From the NCBI GenBank assembly GCA_002387735.1, contig DGKJ01000108.1:473-64472 (forward strand): DNA of 64,000 nucleotides, read 5' to 3'. The notes beneath the pieces were generated by a model. That model was given only the letters and a program-made list of their open reading frames with translations, was not told the DNA's origin and did not search any database. Below are positions 9,691 to 18,653 of the stretch, one piece after another. Positions within the stretch are counted from its first letter, which is position 1. Each line of letters starts with the position of its first letter. The stretch comes from Bacteriovoracaceae bacterium UBA4573. Its GTDB lineage: Bacteria; Bdellovibrionota; UBA1018; UBA923. The position numbers were made by a program, and so were the translations under genes.

Positions 9691-10466
9691 TTCACGTCAC
9701 TCATCTTTCTAAGTGGTTTCCAAATCAACCGGTACTTAATCGCGTTTCGTTTTCAGTCGACGAAGGCGAGAGTCTTGTCGTGCTCGGCCAAAGCGGAATA
9801 GGCAAATCGGTCCTTCTTAAAACACTTTCTCGACTAATCGAGCCCGACGAGGGATTCGCCGAAATTCGAACTCGCAACATTGGAATCGTTTTTCAGAAAA
9901 ATGCACTTTTCGATAGCTTAAGCGCCTACGAGAATCTCGATTTCGTAATGCGAGAACGTACACGCGAAACGGCTCCCGCACGTCGTAATAAAATCATGAA
10001 TTACCTCGAATGGGTGGGGCTCGCGGGCTCTGCTCATTTAATGCCCAATGAACTTTCGGGGGGTATGCAAAAACGTCTGGCCATCGCTCGCACCCTGATT
10101 GTCGAACCACAGGTGGTGCTCTATGACGAACCAACTGCCGGACTCGACCCCATTACTTCGCGCTTGATTGCCGAGCTCATATTGCGCCTAAAAAAAGAAG
10201 CTGGTTCCACGCTCGTGACGGTAACCAGCGACGTCCAGCGCGCATTTCAGCTGGGAACCAAAGTAGGCATTCTCGTGCGCACGGCCCTCGGAGCCGAGTT
10301 GTTAATGGCCGGCTCTCCCGAAGAAGCCCGAGCCTCAAGCGACGAACGCATTCAACAGTTTTTAAAAGGCGCCACAAGAGGCCCTCTCACTACCAAAATT
10401 ACGGCCAGCTCGGAGAGTCGCAACAATTTAGCAAATAAGGATTTCTGGGATGGCGATTTCTTTTAA
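9687..10466 (+). CDS. ABC transporter ATP-binding protein, MlaF-like (first of two)
   Basis: Walker A LGQSGIGKS, signature LSGGMQKRLAIARTL and Walker B VLYDEPTAGLDP. The start (ATGA) overlaps the holB stop. Confidence 0.85.
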   Translation: MIHVTHLSKWFPNQPVLNRVSFSVDEGESLVVLGQSGIGKSVLLKTLSRLIEPDEGFAEIRTRNIGIVFQKNALFDSLSAYENLDFVMRERTRETAPARRNKIMNYLEWVGLAGSAHLMPNELSGGMQKRLAIARTLIVEPQVVLYDEPTAGLDPITSRLIAELILRLKKEAGSTLVTVTSDVQRAFQLGTKVGILVRTALGAELLMAGSPEEARASSDERIQQFLKGATRGPLTTKITASSESRNNLANKDFWDGDFF

Positions 10467-11160
10467 GAATGTCGCAAAGGCGTTCGGCCAAAAGAAAGTA
10501 TTAGATGGCGTGAGTTTTTCGGTTGAGACCGGAGAAGTGCTTTTTATTCTTGGCAAGTCCGGTATGGGGAAATCGGTTACCTTAAAAACGACTATTGGCT
10601 TAATGAAACCCGATCGAGGCGAAATCTACGTTCACGGCGAAGCCGTGCACACAGCAAGTGAGCACACTCTCGCCCAAGTACGAAAAAAATGTGGCATGGT
10701 ATTCCAACATCCGGCGCTTCTAGATTCGCTGACTATTTTTGAAAACGTGGCCTTTGGACTCGAAACTAAAAATCGAGAACGGGTTATTGAATGCTTAAAG
10801 TTAGTGCACTTGGACGAAAGTATTTTAAATCGTAAACCCCAAGAAATTAGCTACGGCATGCAAAAAAGAGTCAGTCTTGCCCGCACTCTCGCTCCAGGCC
10901 CCCAGATTCTATTATTCGATGAACCTACGACTGGCCTGGATCCGATTACTACCAACGCAGTGAACGAACTTATCGCGGAACTTTCTGATCGATTGAACGT
11001 CACTAGCGTAGTGGTTTCGCACGACATGGGCTGCGCGCTTCGAATCGCAGATCGCATATTGGTCTTGGACCAGGGCAACATTCTCGCGCTCGATACTGTA
11101 GACCGGATCAAATCAAGTAGCGAACCTTTGATTCAAGACTTCCTACGGGAGGCACTCTAA
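10450..11160 (+). CDS. ABC transporter ATP-binding protein, MlaF-like (second of two)
   Basis: Walker A LGKSGMGKS, signature ISYGMQKRVSLARTL and Walker B LLFDEPTTGLDP. It overlaps the upstream ATPase by 17 nt. Confidence 0.85.
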   Translation: MAISFKNVAKAFGQKKVLDGVSFSVETGEVLFILGKSGMGKSVTLKTTIGLMKPDRGEIYVHGEAVHTASEHTLAQVRKKCGMVFQHPALLDSLTIFENVAFGLETKNRERVIECLKLVHLDESILNRKPQEISYGMQKRVSLARTLAPGPQILLFDEPTTGLDPITTNAVNELIAELSDRLNVTSVVVSHDMGCALRIADRILVLDQGNILALDTVDRIKSSSEPLIQDFLREAL

Positions 11161-11161
11161 A

Positions 11162-11950
11162 ATGCAGCTCGTATTAGGCTTCTTTGCAGATATTGGAGGA
11201 ATGGCGTTATTCTCGCTCGAGGTGGTTCGCACCTGGCTTCGCACGTTTGGCCAGAACGGTTCGCTCATTGTTGAACAAATCGCCCTCGTTGCCTATCGCT
11301 CGCTGGTGACGATCTTGTTTTCGGGTTTCTTTGTCGGTGCGATTTTGGTGATTCAATTTCACCTAATGTTGTCAAAGTACGACGCTGTTACGCTCTTGGG
11401 TGGCCTAAACACTTCGGCGACCATTCGCGAAGTGGGCCCGCTTATCATTTCGTTTCTTCTCGCTGGTAAGGTGGGCGCCTATACGGCTGCTGAACTGGGC
11501 ACCATGCGGGTGACGGAACAAATCGACGCAATACGTTGCCTTGGACGCGACCCCGTGCAGTATTTGATAGTGCCAAGATTTATCGCGATAGTGCTTTGCT
11601 CGCTCCTACTTTTGGTATTCGGGGTATTAGTTGGCGTAGCCGGTAGCATGGTAGTGGCCGTAGAACTCTACAACATGAATTTCCTACAATACATGGAGTC
11701 GATCCCACGGTTCACCGGCATTTGGACTATCATAGCCGGCGTTTTTAAATCCCTGGTGTACGGACTAATTGTTGCAGCCGTCAGTACCTACAAGGGTTAT
11801 TTCGCCTCTGGCGGCGCTCAAGGGGTTGGGCGCGCGGTCACAGAGTGCGCAGTTTATACCAATTTATTAATAGTTTTTGCCAATTCCTTCACTTCCTATT
11901 TTCTCGAAAACGTCCAACAGTTTGTGAACAACACGTTTGGGGGATTTTAG
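11162..11950 (+). CDS. ABC transporter permease, MlaE family (first of two)
   Basis: A 262-aa multi-TM protein. The EVGPLIISFLLAGKVGAYTAAELGTMRVTEQIDAIRCLG segment is typical of MlaE/YrbE permeases. Confidence 0.8.
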   Translation: MQLVLGFFADIGGMALFSLEVVRTWLRTFGQNGSLIVEQIALVAYRSLVTILFSGFFVGAILVIQFHLMLSKYDAVTLLGGLNTSATIREVGPLIISFLLAGKVGAYTAAELGTMRVTEQIDAIRCLGRDPVQYLIVPRFIAIVLCSLLLLVFGVLVGVAGSMVVAVELYNMNFLQYMESIPRFTGIWTIIAGVFKSLVYGLIVAAVSTYKGYFASGGAQGVGRAVTECAVYTNLLIVFANSFTSYFLENVQQFVNNTFGGF

Positions 11951-11952
11951 AG

Positions 11953-12717
11953 ATGAAGAAACAACTCTTTTATTTCGTAACCGCCGTTCATGACGTGTTC
12001 TTTATTTTCGGAAAAACTCTTCTTACTTGTTTGAAAGGGCCCCACCGCGCGAAAGAGATTTTTCATCACATTAATCAGATCGGAATAGGATCATTGCCGG
12101 TGATTTTACTTTCGACGGCATTCGCTGGATTCGTGATCACAGGAGAAATCGCTTTTCACATGGACGAGGCGTTGCATACGGTTGAAATGATTCCGGGGTT
12201 TTCCGCACAGTTTATCCTACGGGAAATCGGCGTGGTTATCCCAGCGCTTTTAATGGTTTCTAAGGCGGGAGCGGCAAATACCGCGGAAGTCGGTTCAATG
12301 AAGGTGACCGAACAAATCGACGCTTTACGTCTACTGCAAATCGACCCCATCGAATATTTGGTCTACCCTCGTTTCGTCGCCTCGATCGTGTCGCTTGCGT
12401 GTTTGACTCTAATCTCAATCTTCGTCACCCTAAGCTGTGCCACCGCAATCGCGGTGATTCGCTACCACTTTACCTGGCTAGAGTACGTGAATTCGCTACT
12501 GGTATTCGTAACACCGCGTGACCTTATCTCTGCACTATTGAAAGGGCTCGTATTCGGGGCGGTCATTCCGGTCATTTCCTGTTTTTATGGTTTTCGTTGC
12601 ACTGGTGGTGCCGAAGGAGTGGGATCGGCTACTACGAACTCTGTGGTTACTTCGACGATTTTGATCATACTTTTGGACTTTGTTCTCACATTTGCGTTTT
12701 CGGTTCTTCTATATTAA
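11953..12717 (+). CDS. ABC transporter permease, MlaE family (second of two)
   Basis: Paralogous motif AANTAEVGSMKVTEQIDALRLLQIDPIEYLV. The ATG at 11953 directly follows the upstream stop. The ORF-track start at 11845 would overlap the previous permease. Confidence 0.75.
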   Translation: MKKQLFYFVTAVHDVFFIFGKTLLTCLKGPHRAKEIFHHINQIGIGSLPVILLSTAFAGFVITGEIAFHMDEALHTVEMIPGFSAQFILREIGVVIPALLMVSKAGAANTAEVGSMKVTEQIDALRLLQIDPIEYLVYPRFVASIVSLACLTLISIFVTLSCATAIAVIRYHFTWLEYVNSLLVFVTPRDLISALLKGLVFGAVIPVISCFYGFRCTGGAEGVGSATTNSVVTSTILIILLDFVLTFAFSVLLY

Positions 12718-12743
12718 CCGTTTTTTACTGAGGTTACGGGCCT

Positions 12744-13550
12744 ATGAAATTTTCAAATGAAGCGAAAGTGGGCTTACTATTGTTTGCCACATTGGTGCTT
12801 ACACTAGTGTTCGCCTGGCTTTTGGGTGCGAATAATCCGTTTCGCCGTAATGTAGAGATATACGTAACCTATAACTTTGCGGGTGGCATTGATATCGGCA
12901 GTCCCGTTCGAGTGGCGGGAATTAAGGTCGGCAAAGTAGAAAAAATTGAATTTTTTGTACCCGATCAGACCTTCGACGCACCTGACACCAAACCCACAGA
13001 AGTACTCACGCCTCTAAAAATCAAACTTTCGGTCGCCAAAGAAGCTGCCGCAGGTGTGCGCAAAGACAGTCGCTTTTACATTAACTTGGCCGGCATCATC
13101 GGCGAGCGATATGTCGAAATCACTCCTGGGTCCGTGTCTTCGCCTAAGGTTGTTAGCGGTGACGTATTACGTGGCGTAGATCCGCCACGAATCGACCAAT
13201 TAATTTCACAGAGTTTTGATCTCGCAGGTAAAATCAAGGCGGTTATCGAAGAAAACGAAGGCGATATAACCAAATCGATTAAGCTTCTCTACGAGCTTTC
13301 ATCCAACATTAACAAGACCCTCACGAATATTGAACGATCGAAAATGTTCAAAGCCGACATTTCGCAGCTAATCAATAATCTGATTCAAATCACAGGCGAC
13401 GTAAAAGTGCTCACTGCCAAGACGGGCACTGAGGATGGCAAGAAGACGCTTGAGCTTATGCACAAGCTTTTGTGGCGACTTGAGCCACTCGATAAAGAAG
13501 CCATCCAGAAGTTCTTTCAAAAGGAAGGCATTCGCACTCGGCTGTTTTAA
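12744..13550 (+). CDS. MCE-domain protein (MlaD family) substrate-binding component
   Basis: N-terminal TM anchor VGLLLFATLVLTLVFAWLL followed by MCE-domain sequence VTYNFAGGIDIGSPVRVAGIKVGKVEKIEF. Confidence 0.75.
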   Translation: MKFSNEAKVGLLLFATLVLTLVFAWLLGANNPFRRNVEIYVTYNFAGGIDIGSPVRVAGIKVGKVEKIEFFVPDQTFDAPDTKPTEVLTPLKIKLSVAKEAAAGVRKDSRFYINLAGIIGERYVEITPGSVSSPKVVSGDVLRGVDPPRIDQLISQSFDLAGKIKAVIEENEGDITKSIKLLYELSSNINKTLTNIERSKMFKADISQLINNLIQITGDVKVLTAKTGTEDGKKTLELMHKLLWRLEPLDKEAIQKFFQKEGIRTRLF

Positions 13551-13564
13551 TTTGAGCAGCTCGA

Positions 13565-13966
13565 TCAAATGGATCGGCAAAAATGCTGTACGGCTAGCGC
13601 TTCGCTTTGCGATTCAAAACGGAACTGAATGAAGACTCGGTAGCGATATGCTTCGTCCGTGATCACGCGTGGATTCCAAGGCGACAAAGTACAAAACATA
13701 ACCTCGCCTTTGACGAATAGCTTTCTAGGATGTTCGATTACCAAAGCGATTTCAGTACCACGATCCAGCGGTTCAGTGGAAAACACCGCCACGCTTTCGG
13801 GTCTGAGATCAAATAAAAAAGTGCGTCCTGCAATTACCTTTTCTGCACCGTCGGGCCGAATTTCTACTGGTACCCGCGTGAATTGGGTGTACACGATCTC
13901 GGGTTTCTTTTTGGCGACATAGGGCGTGCGTTTGAGCATCTTTCGAAGTGCGTCTTGGCTAAACAT
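13565..13966 (-). CDS. hypothetical 133-aa protein (possibly degenerate PilZ-like)
   Basis: An ORF convergent on the mla operon. The weak RKMLKR ... DLRPESVAVFSTEPLDRGTEIAL pattern loosely resembles PilZ RxxxR/DxSxxG motifs. Confidence 0.35.
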   Translation of the reverse strand: MFSQDALRKMLKRTPYVAKKKPEIVYTQFTRVPVEIRPDGAEKVIAGRTFLFDLRPESVAVFSTEPLDRGTEIALVIEHPRKLFVKGEVMFCTLSPWNPRVITDEAYRYRVFIQFRFESQSEALAVQHFCRSI

Positions 13967-14031
13967 ATACTTCTATATCGGCCGCACTTCGTTTTGTACT
14001 TAGTAGGAAGAAAACTTCTAGGTGAGTAGTT

Positions 14032-15603
14032 TTACCACTGAAAAGCTCGCGCAATATGTTCGCGAGTTTGATTGGCTTGACCCGACATTGAGGTCTGATT
14101 CCAGGTTTTTGCACTAATGGATTGAATGCGCTCGATCACGTCTTTGGGAATTTTCTGCCCATGCATCCACAATGGTAGGCGCCGAAACACCACATCGTCT
14201 AAACACAAGGGAGCATGATGTTTGAGCTTCCACTCTACCCAGCCTTCGGTAAAACGGCCCCACAAGGGAGCGCCCGAAAAACGTTTAGCATAGTCGTCCG
14301 GAGTGGAAAGCGGCTGCCGCGATTCTTTGGCATCGCTTTTAGACCGGGGAAACGCAAAATCGGCGATTTCTTCAGATATCTTTCTAAACGTCGTGTATTT
14401 TCCGCCGGCCATGAACACTACGCCCTGTTCATTTTTCCAAATCTCGTGTTCACGCGAAGTTTTAGCTTCATTTTCGGCACCATCGTCGATCAGCGGTCGA
14501 ACTCCAGCGTAGGTCATTAAGACGTCGCTTTTCGCGAGTTTACTATTTGGAAAATATTCTTTTAACACGCCAAATAAATATTCCACATCGTCGCTCGTAG
14601 CTTCTACTTGATCGATGGCTCCATGTTCTGGAGCATCGGTGGTACCCACAATCGTCACGGCAGCTTCGTCGCCCAGGTCTTTACGTGGAATTGCAAAAAT
14701 TATTCGCCCGTCGGGCGCGTACATGACCAGACAGCGCTCGACCGGAAGTCGCGCCCAATCGAAAACTAAATGAACTCCGCGACTAGGGCGCAATTTCTTT
14801 TGAGCTCCCCCTGCAACTATTCCGCTGACTTCTTCGGTCCAAGGCCCCACACACATGATCACTTCTCGCGCTCGCACCTGCAGCGACTCACTCGCGCTCT
14901 GCTCGTTTGGGGGCGGAGAAACTGCCGGGTCGCAGGTTTCCAAGTGAATTCGATACAGACCGTCGCGATCCCGCGGATCCACTCTGGTGGCCGCGCAGTA
15001 ATTCAACGCACACGCGCCGCGTCGCACACTATCGAGCAACACTTCTAGTACCAACTCGTCGTCGAGCATCATGGCGTCGGCGTAATAATATCCCCCTCGC
15101 AGCCCCTGTGCGCGCACGCCAGGGAATAATCCCTTCAGAGTGTCGAGCGAATGGCGCCCGTGAAAAAACGGCGTTCGAAACAGGCTCAACGCATCGTAAA
15201 CCCAAAGCCCTAGCCCGAGTAACGCCGAACTCCGCGCACCGACGGGCGCTTCGCCTTTTTTATAAATTGGCAAGACGAACTCCATCGGGGAAACCAAGTG
15301 AGGGTGGGTCTTCAAAAGCCAGTGCCGCTCTGAAAGAGCTTCGAAGACGAGTCCGAAATCAAACATTTCGAGGTAGCGCAGCCCTCCATGCACCAACTTC
15401 GAGGACTTACTTGACGTCCCGCTGGCAAAATCCTTTTTTTCTACCAATAAAGCATTTACGCCACGAATGGCCAGCTCTCGAAGCAAACCCGCTCCCACGA
15501 TTCCACCGCCAATCACCACGGCGTCGTATACTGGCGCTGAACTTTGGCTAAGTTCGGCCAACTTTTGAACACGCGTGGCGCGGGAAAATTCGGGGTAGAC
15601 CAT
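14032..15603 (-). CDS. glpD: FAD-dependent glycerol-3-phosphate dehydrogenase
   Basis: N-terminal dinucleotide fold DAVVIGGGIVGAG and the GGKYTTFRKISEE motif typical of GlpD/GlpA. The length is 523 aa. Confidence 0.75.
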   Translation of the reverse strand: MVYPEFSRATRVQKLAELSQSSAPVYDAVVIGGGIVGAGLLRELAIRGVNALLVEKKDFASGTSSKSSKLVHGGLRYLEMFDFGLVFEALSERHWLLKTHPHLVSPMEFVLPIYKKGEAPVGARSSALLGLGLWVYDALSLFRTPFFHGRHSLDTLKGLFPGVRAQGLRGGYYYADAMMLDDELVLEVLLDSVRRGACALNYCAATRVDPRDRDGLYRIHLETCDPAVSPPPNEQSASESLQVRAREVIMCVGPWTEEVSGIVAGGAQKKLRPSRGVHLVFDWARLPVERCLVMYAPDGRIIFAIPRKDLGDEAAVTIVGTTDAPEHGAIDQVEATSDDVEYLFGVLKEYFPNSKLAKSDVLMTYAGVRPLIDDGAENEAKTSREHEIWKNEQGVVFMAGGKYTTFRKISEEIADFAFPRSKSDAKESRQPLSTPDDYAKRFSGAPLWGRFTEGWVEWKLKHHAPLCLDDVVFRRLPLWMHGQKIPKDVIERIQSISAKTWNQTSMSGQANQTREHIARAFQW

Positions 15604-15608
15604 GAAGT

Positions 15609-17408
15609 TTAGTGTTTCTCAGCTTTTTGCGGCAGTCGCAAACCAATGTGTAGTTCGGCCAATTGTTCGGGTGTGATCGACGACGGACTCTCCGACATCA
15701 AGCACGCACCTTTTTGAGTTTTCGGAAACGCAATTACTTCCCGTATGGCGTCGGTGCCGGTAAGAATCATCGTTAATCGATCCATACCAAAAGCAATCCC
15801 CCCGTGAGGTGGGGTGCCGTACTGCAGACCCTCGATAAAGAATCCAAATTTTTCTTGGGCTTCCTTTTCACTCAATCCCAATGCCCGAAACATCGCGGCC
15901 TGAGTTCGCTGATTAAATATCCGCAAACTACCACCGGCGACCTCTACGCCATTTAAAACCAAGTCATAGGCGGCAGCACGAATGGTGCCGAGATCTTTGC
16001 CCGACTCGAGTTTCGCGACATCTTCCATTACCGGTGAGGTGAAGGGGTGATGGCAAGCATACCAACGCCCGTCGCTTGGTTCGAATTGAAGTAATGGAAA
16101 GTCCGTTACCCAAAGAAAATTGAACTTCGTCTTATCAATGAGGCCAAGCTTTTCGCCAACTTGAAGACGCAGGCTTCCTAAAGCGTCGTTGGCCACACGT
16201 TCCTGATCGGCCACCACGAACAAAAGATCTCCAGTGGATAGGCCGCAAGCTTGTTTCAAATTTTCTAGTTCGTTTGGTTTAAAAAATTTCGTGGCCGGTC
16301 CACTGACACCGTCTGCGCCGAACTTAAACCAGAGTAATCCTTTAGCACCATAGGTACTGACGTACTTGGTGTATTCGTCTAGGTCTTTGCGGGACACTTT
16401 ATCGGCGGCCCCCGGGACAGGGAGCCCCTTCATGATTCCGCCCGCCTGAATGGTCTGCTTAAAAACGTTAAAATCAACGGAACTCAATACTGAAGTCAGA
16501 TCTTTTAATTTAAGATCAAAACGCACGTCGGGCTTATCGACTCCGTAATCTCGCATTGCGTCTGCGTACTTCATGCGTGCAAAAGGCGTGGGAATGTCTT
16601 TGTCCAAAATTTTCTTAAACAAAAGTTTCATCATTCCTTCAAAGATCGGAAACAATACTTCCTGATCGATGAACGACATTTCAATGTCGATTTGAGTGAA
16701 TTCCGGTTGGCGATCTGCCCGCAAATCTTCATCGCGAAAACAACGCGCGATTTGATAATATCGATCGTAGCCCGCAACCATCAACAATTGCTTCAAAGTT
16801 TGGGGTGACTGAGGAAGCGCGTAAAACGTGCCCGGATTTACCCGGGATGGAACCACGAAGTCTCGTGCTCCTTCAGGAGTGCTTTTATAGAGAATTGGCG
16901 TCTCGATTTCGAGAAACCCATTTTCGTCTAAGTAATTGCGCACCAACTGGCCAACGCGATGACGAGTGATCAGATTGTTCTGCAATGAGGGTCTGCGCAA
17001 ATCAAGATAACGATACTTCAAACGCAAAGTTTCAGACACTTCGCTTCCGTCTTCGATCGGAAAAGGTAGTGGCTTACTTTCACTTAAAATTTCACACTGC
17101 TCAACGTAAAGTTCAATTTCTCCAGTTGGTAGTTTGGAATTGGTCATGCCGGATGGACGCGCTCGCACCGAGCCACGCATGAACACGACGTATTCGTTAC
17201 GAACTTTTTCAGCCTCTTTGAGGGCCGCAGCGTTAGTAGGATCTACGACGGTCTGGGTAACACCATAACGATCGCGAAGATCAATAAATATCACTCCGCC
17301 GTGGTCTCGTCTTTTATGAGCCCATCCAACTAAGGTGACGGTACTTCCAATGTGTTTGGAAGTGAGTTCTCCACATGTGTGCGTTCGGACACGTCGGGTG
17401 CCAGACAT
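15609..17408 (-). CDS. aspS: aspartate--tRNA ligase
   Basis: Class II aaRS motifs FRDEDLRADRQPEFTQIDIEMSF, GGSLRIFNQRTQ and GTPPHGGIAFGMDRLTMIL. The start was moved to the ATG giving MSGTRRVRTHTCGELTSKHIGSTVTLVGW, which aligns with the E. coli AspRS N-terminus. Confidence 0.9.
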   Translation of the reverse strand: MSGTRRVRTHTCGELTSKHIGSTVTLVGWAHKRRDHGGVIFIDLRDRYGVTQTVVDPTNAAALKEAEKVRNEYVVFMRGSVRARPSGMTNSKLPTGEIELYVEQCEILSESKPLPFPIEDGSEVSETLRLKYRYLDLRRPSLQNNLITRHRVGQLVRNYLDENGFLEIETPILYKSTPEGARDFVVPSRVNPGTFYALPQSPQTLKQLLMVAGYDRYYQIARCFRDEDLRADRQPEFTQIDIEMSFIDQEVLFPIFEGMMKLLFKKILDKDIPTPFARMKYADAMRDYGVDKPDVRFDLKLKDLTSVLSSVDFNVFKQTIQAGGIMKGLPVPGAADKVSRKDLDEYTKYVSTYGAKGLLWFKFGADGVSGPATKFFKPNELENLKQACGLSTGDLLFVVADQERVANDALGSLRLQVGEKLGLIDKTKFNFLWVTDFPLLQFEPSDGRWYACHHPFTSPVMEDVAKLESGKDLGTIRAAAYDLVLNGVEVAGGSLRIFNQRTQAAMFRALGLSEKEAQEKFGFFIEGLQYGTPPHGGIAFGMDRLTMILTGTDAIREVIAFPKTQKGACLMSESPSSITPEQLAELHIGLRLPQKAEKH

Positions 17409-18565
17409 TTTAAAAACCCTTTCACTAACGGCTCCAGGCCGAATTGATCTGACAGCAGCCAAGCACCTAGAACGGGCTTTGCGGCCGAGTTCTCTGAACT
17501 ACCCTGCTTTGCTTTTCCACTCAATATCTCTTTCGATCGACCTGAATCTCGGGCGAATTCCTTGGCGAACATTCGCGGCTCAAAGGTCACGGCTTCTCGT
17601 TCAATGCTGTCCAAAAATCCGGGCAATGCGCGGTCAATCGCCCGCTTTGCATGTTTGATTTTCTTTAAAATCTCGTTATTGTCTTCGACTTCTTCGTCGG
17701 TCAAAAAACCGAACCAGACACTTTCCAGCCCTTGCGCGCCCTCTACGAATCGACCAACCACATGGGAGGCTTTGCCTTTTTCGGGGCTCACCGTGAGCGG
17801 AATAATGACGGTTTGGGAAAGCGGATTTGAATAATTTTTGTGGCGCAATCGCAGACCAAATCCTGGACGAATTGTGCGCCCTTTACTCGCGCCGGCCAAT
17901 ACCTCGGCATCATTCGAGTCTTGCACCAGCGAAGCAAAGTTTTCGTCGTAATCGGTCAGCACAAAGCGGCTCGCCGACACCCAAACTGGTTCGAGATCTC
18001 CCCCACCAATAGCGACCCGCATTAGGCGCCCGTCTTTGGTCTCCATCGCTTGCACTGGCCAGCGATGCAGCCGAACGAAAACCGGGTCCGAAAATAGCTC
18101 CACGGTCGAGGGGCCAGAAGGCAGTTCGCTCGTACTGTGAAAACCCTGGATCTGATTATTCCAACTCCAAAGGTCCATAGCCGGCTCAGTAGGTAACAAC
18201 GACTCAAAATAAGCGACCTCGTGCTCGCCCCACTCGAGCTTTACCTCTGAGAGCGAACGAAAACGTTTCGAAGACCGCGCGTCGTAATAGGCTAATTCGA
18301 AATTCGGAGTTTCTTTCTCGAGCGACATTAATTCTCGAAAGTCGTTGGCCGTCGATTCCGAGAGTCCCCAGTGCCAGGCATGAGAACAGAGCGAGCGCGC
18401 AGAAGTGTAAGCATCGTCGCTGCCAATCCACAGAACGCTACGCTTTGTACGCCAAGCATGGTGCGCCATCCAAAGGGCGGCGACACCGTTGCCGATGATG
18501 CAGAAATCCCAATGGGAGGGCCAACGATCGGTATCTAGACGAGGCTGATTTTTTTTGGATGCCAT
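17330..18565 (-). CDS. hypothetical protein with N-terminal FAD/NAD(P)-binding Rossmann motif
   Basis: DFCIIGNGVAALWMA is a GxGxxA dinucleotide-binding motif. The length is 411 aa. Its 3' end overlaps the aspS start by about 79 nt. Confidence 0.45.
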   Translation of the reverse strand: MASKKNQPRLDTDRWPSHWDFCIIGNGVAALWMAHHAWRTKRSVLWIGSDDAYTSARSLCSHAWHWGLSESTANDFRELMSLEKETPNFELAYYDARSSKRFRSLSEVKLEWGEHEVAYFESLLPTEPAMDLWSWNNQIQGFHSTSELPSGPSTVELFSDPVFVRLHRWPVQAMETKDGRLMRVAIGGGDLEPVWVSASRFVLTDYDENFASLVQDSNDAEVLAGASKGRTIRPGFGLRLRHKNYSNPLSQTVIIPLTVSPEKGKASHVVGRFVEGAQGLESVWFGFLTDEEVEDNNEILKKIKHAKRAIDRALPGFLDSIEREAVTFEPRMFAKEFARDSGRSKEILSGKAKQGSSENSAAKPVLGAWLLSDQFGLEPLVKGFLKCLAPDVSERTHVENSLPNTLEVPSP

Positions 18566-18653
18566 GAAGATTCCCTAATAGTCTCTGACGCCCATGACTT
18601 TAAGCGATCCAATGTGGATTGGTCAACTGAACGAAATAGGATCTATGAGGATA

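Noticed and set aside
11845-11952. Upstream extension of the second MlaE permease to the ORF-track start at 11845
   Set aside because: It would overlap the first permease by about 100 nt. The ATG at 11953 directly follows the upstream stop and begins the homologous region.
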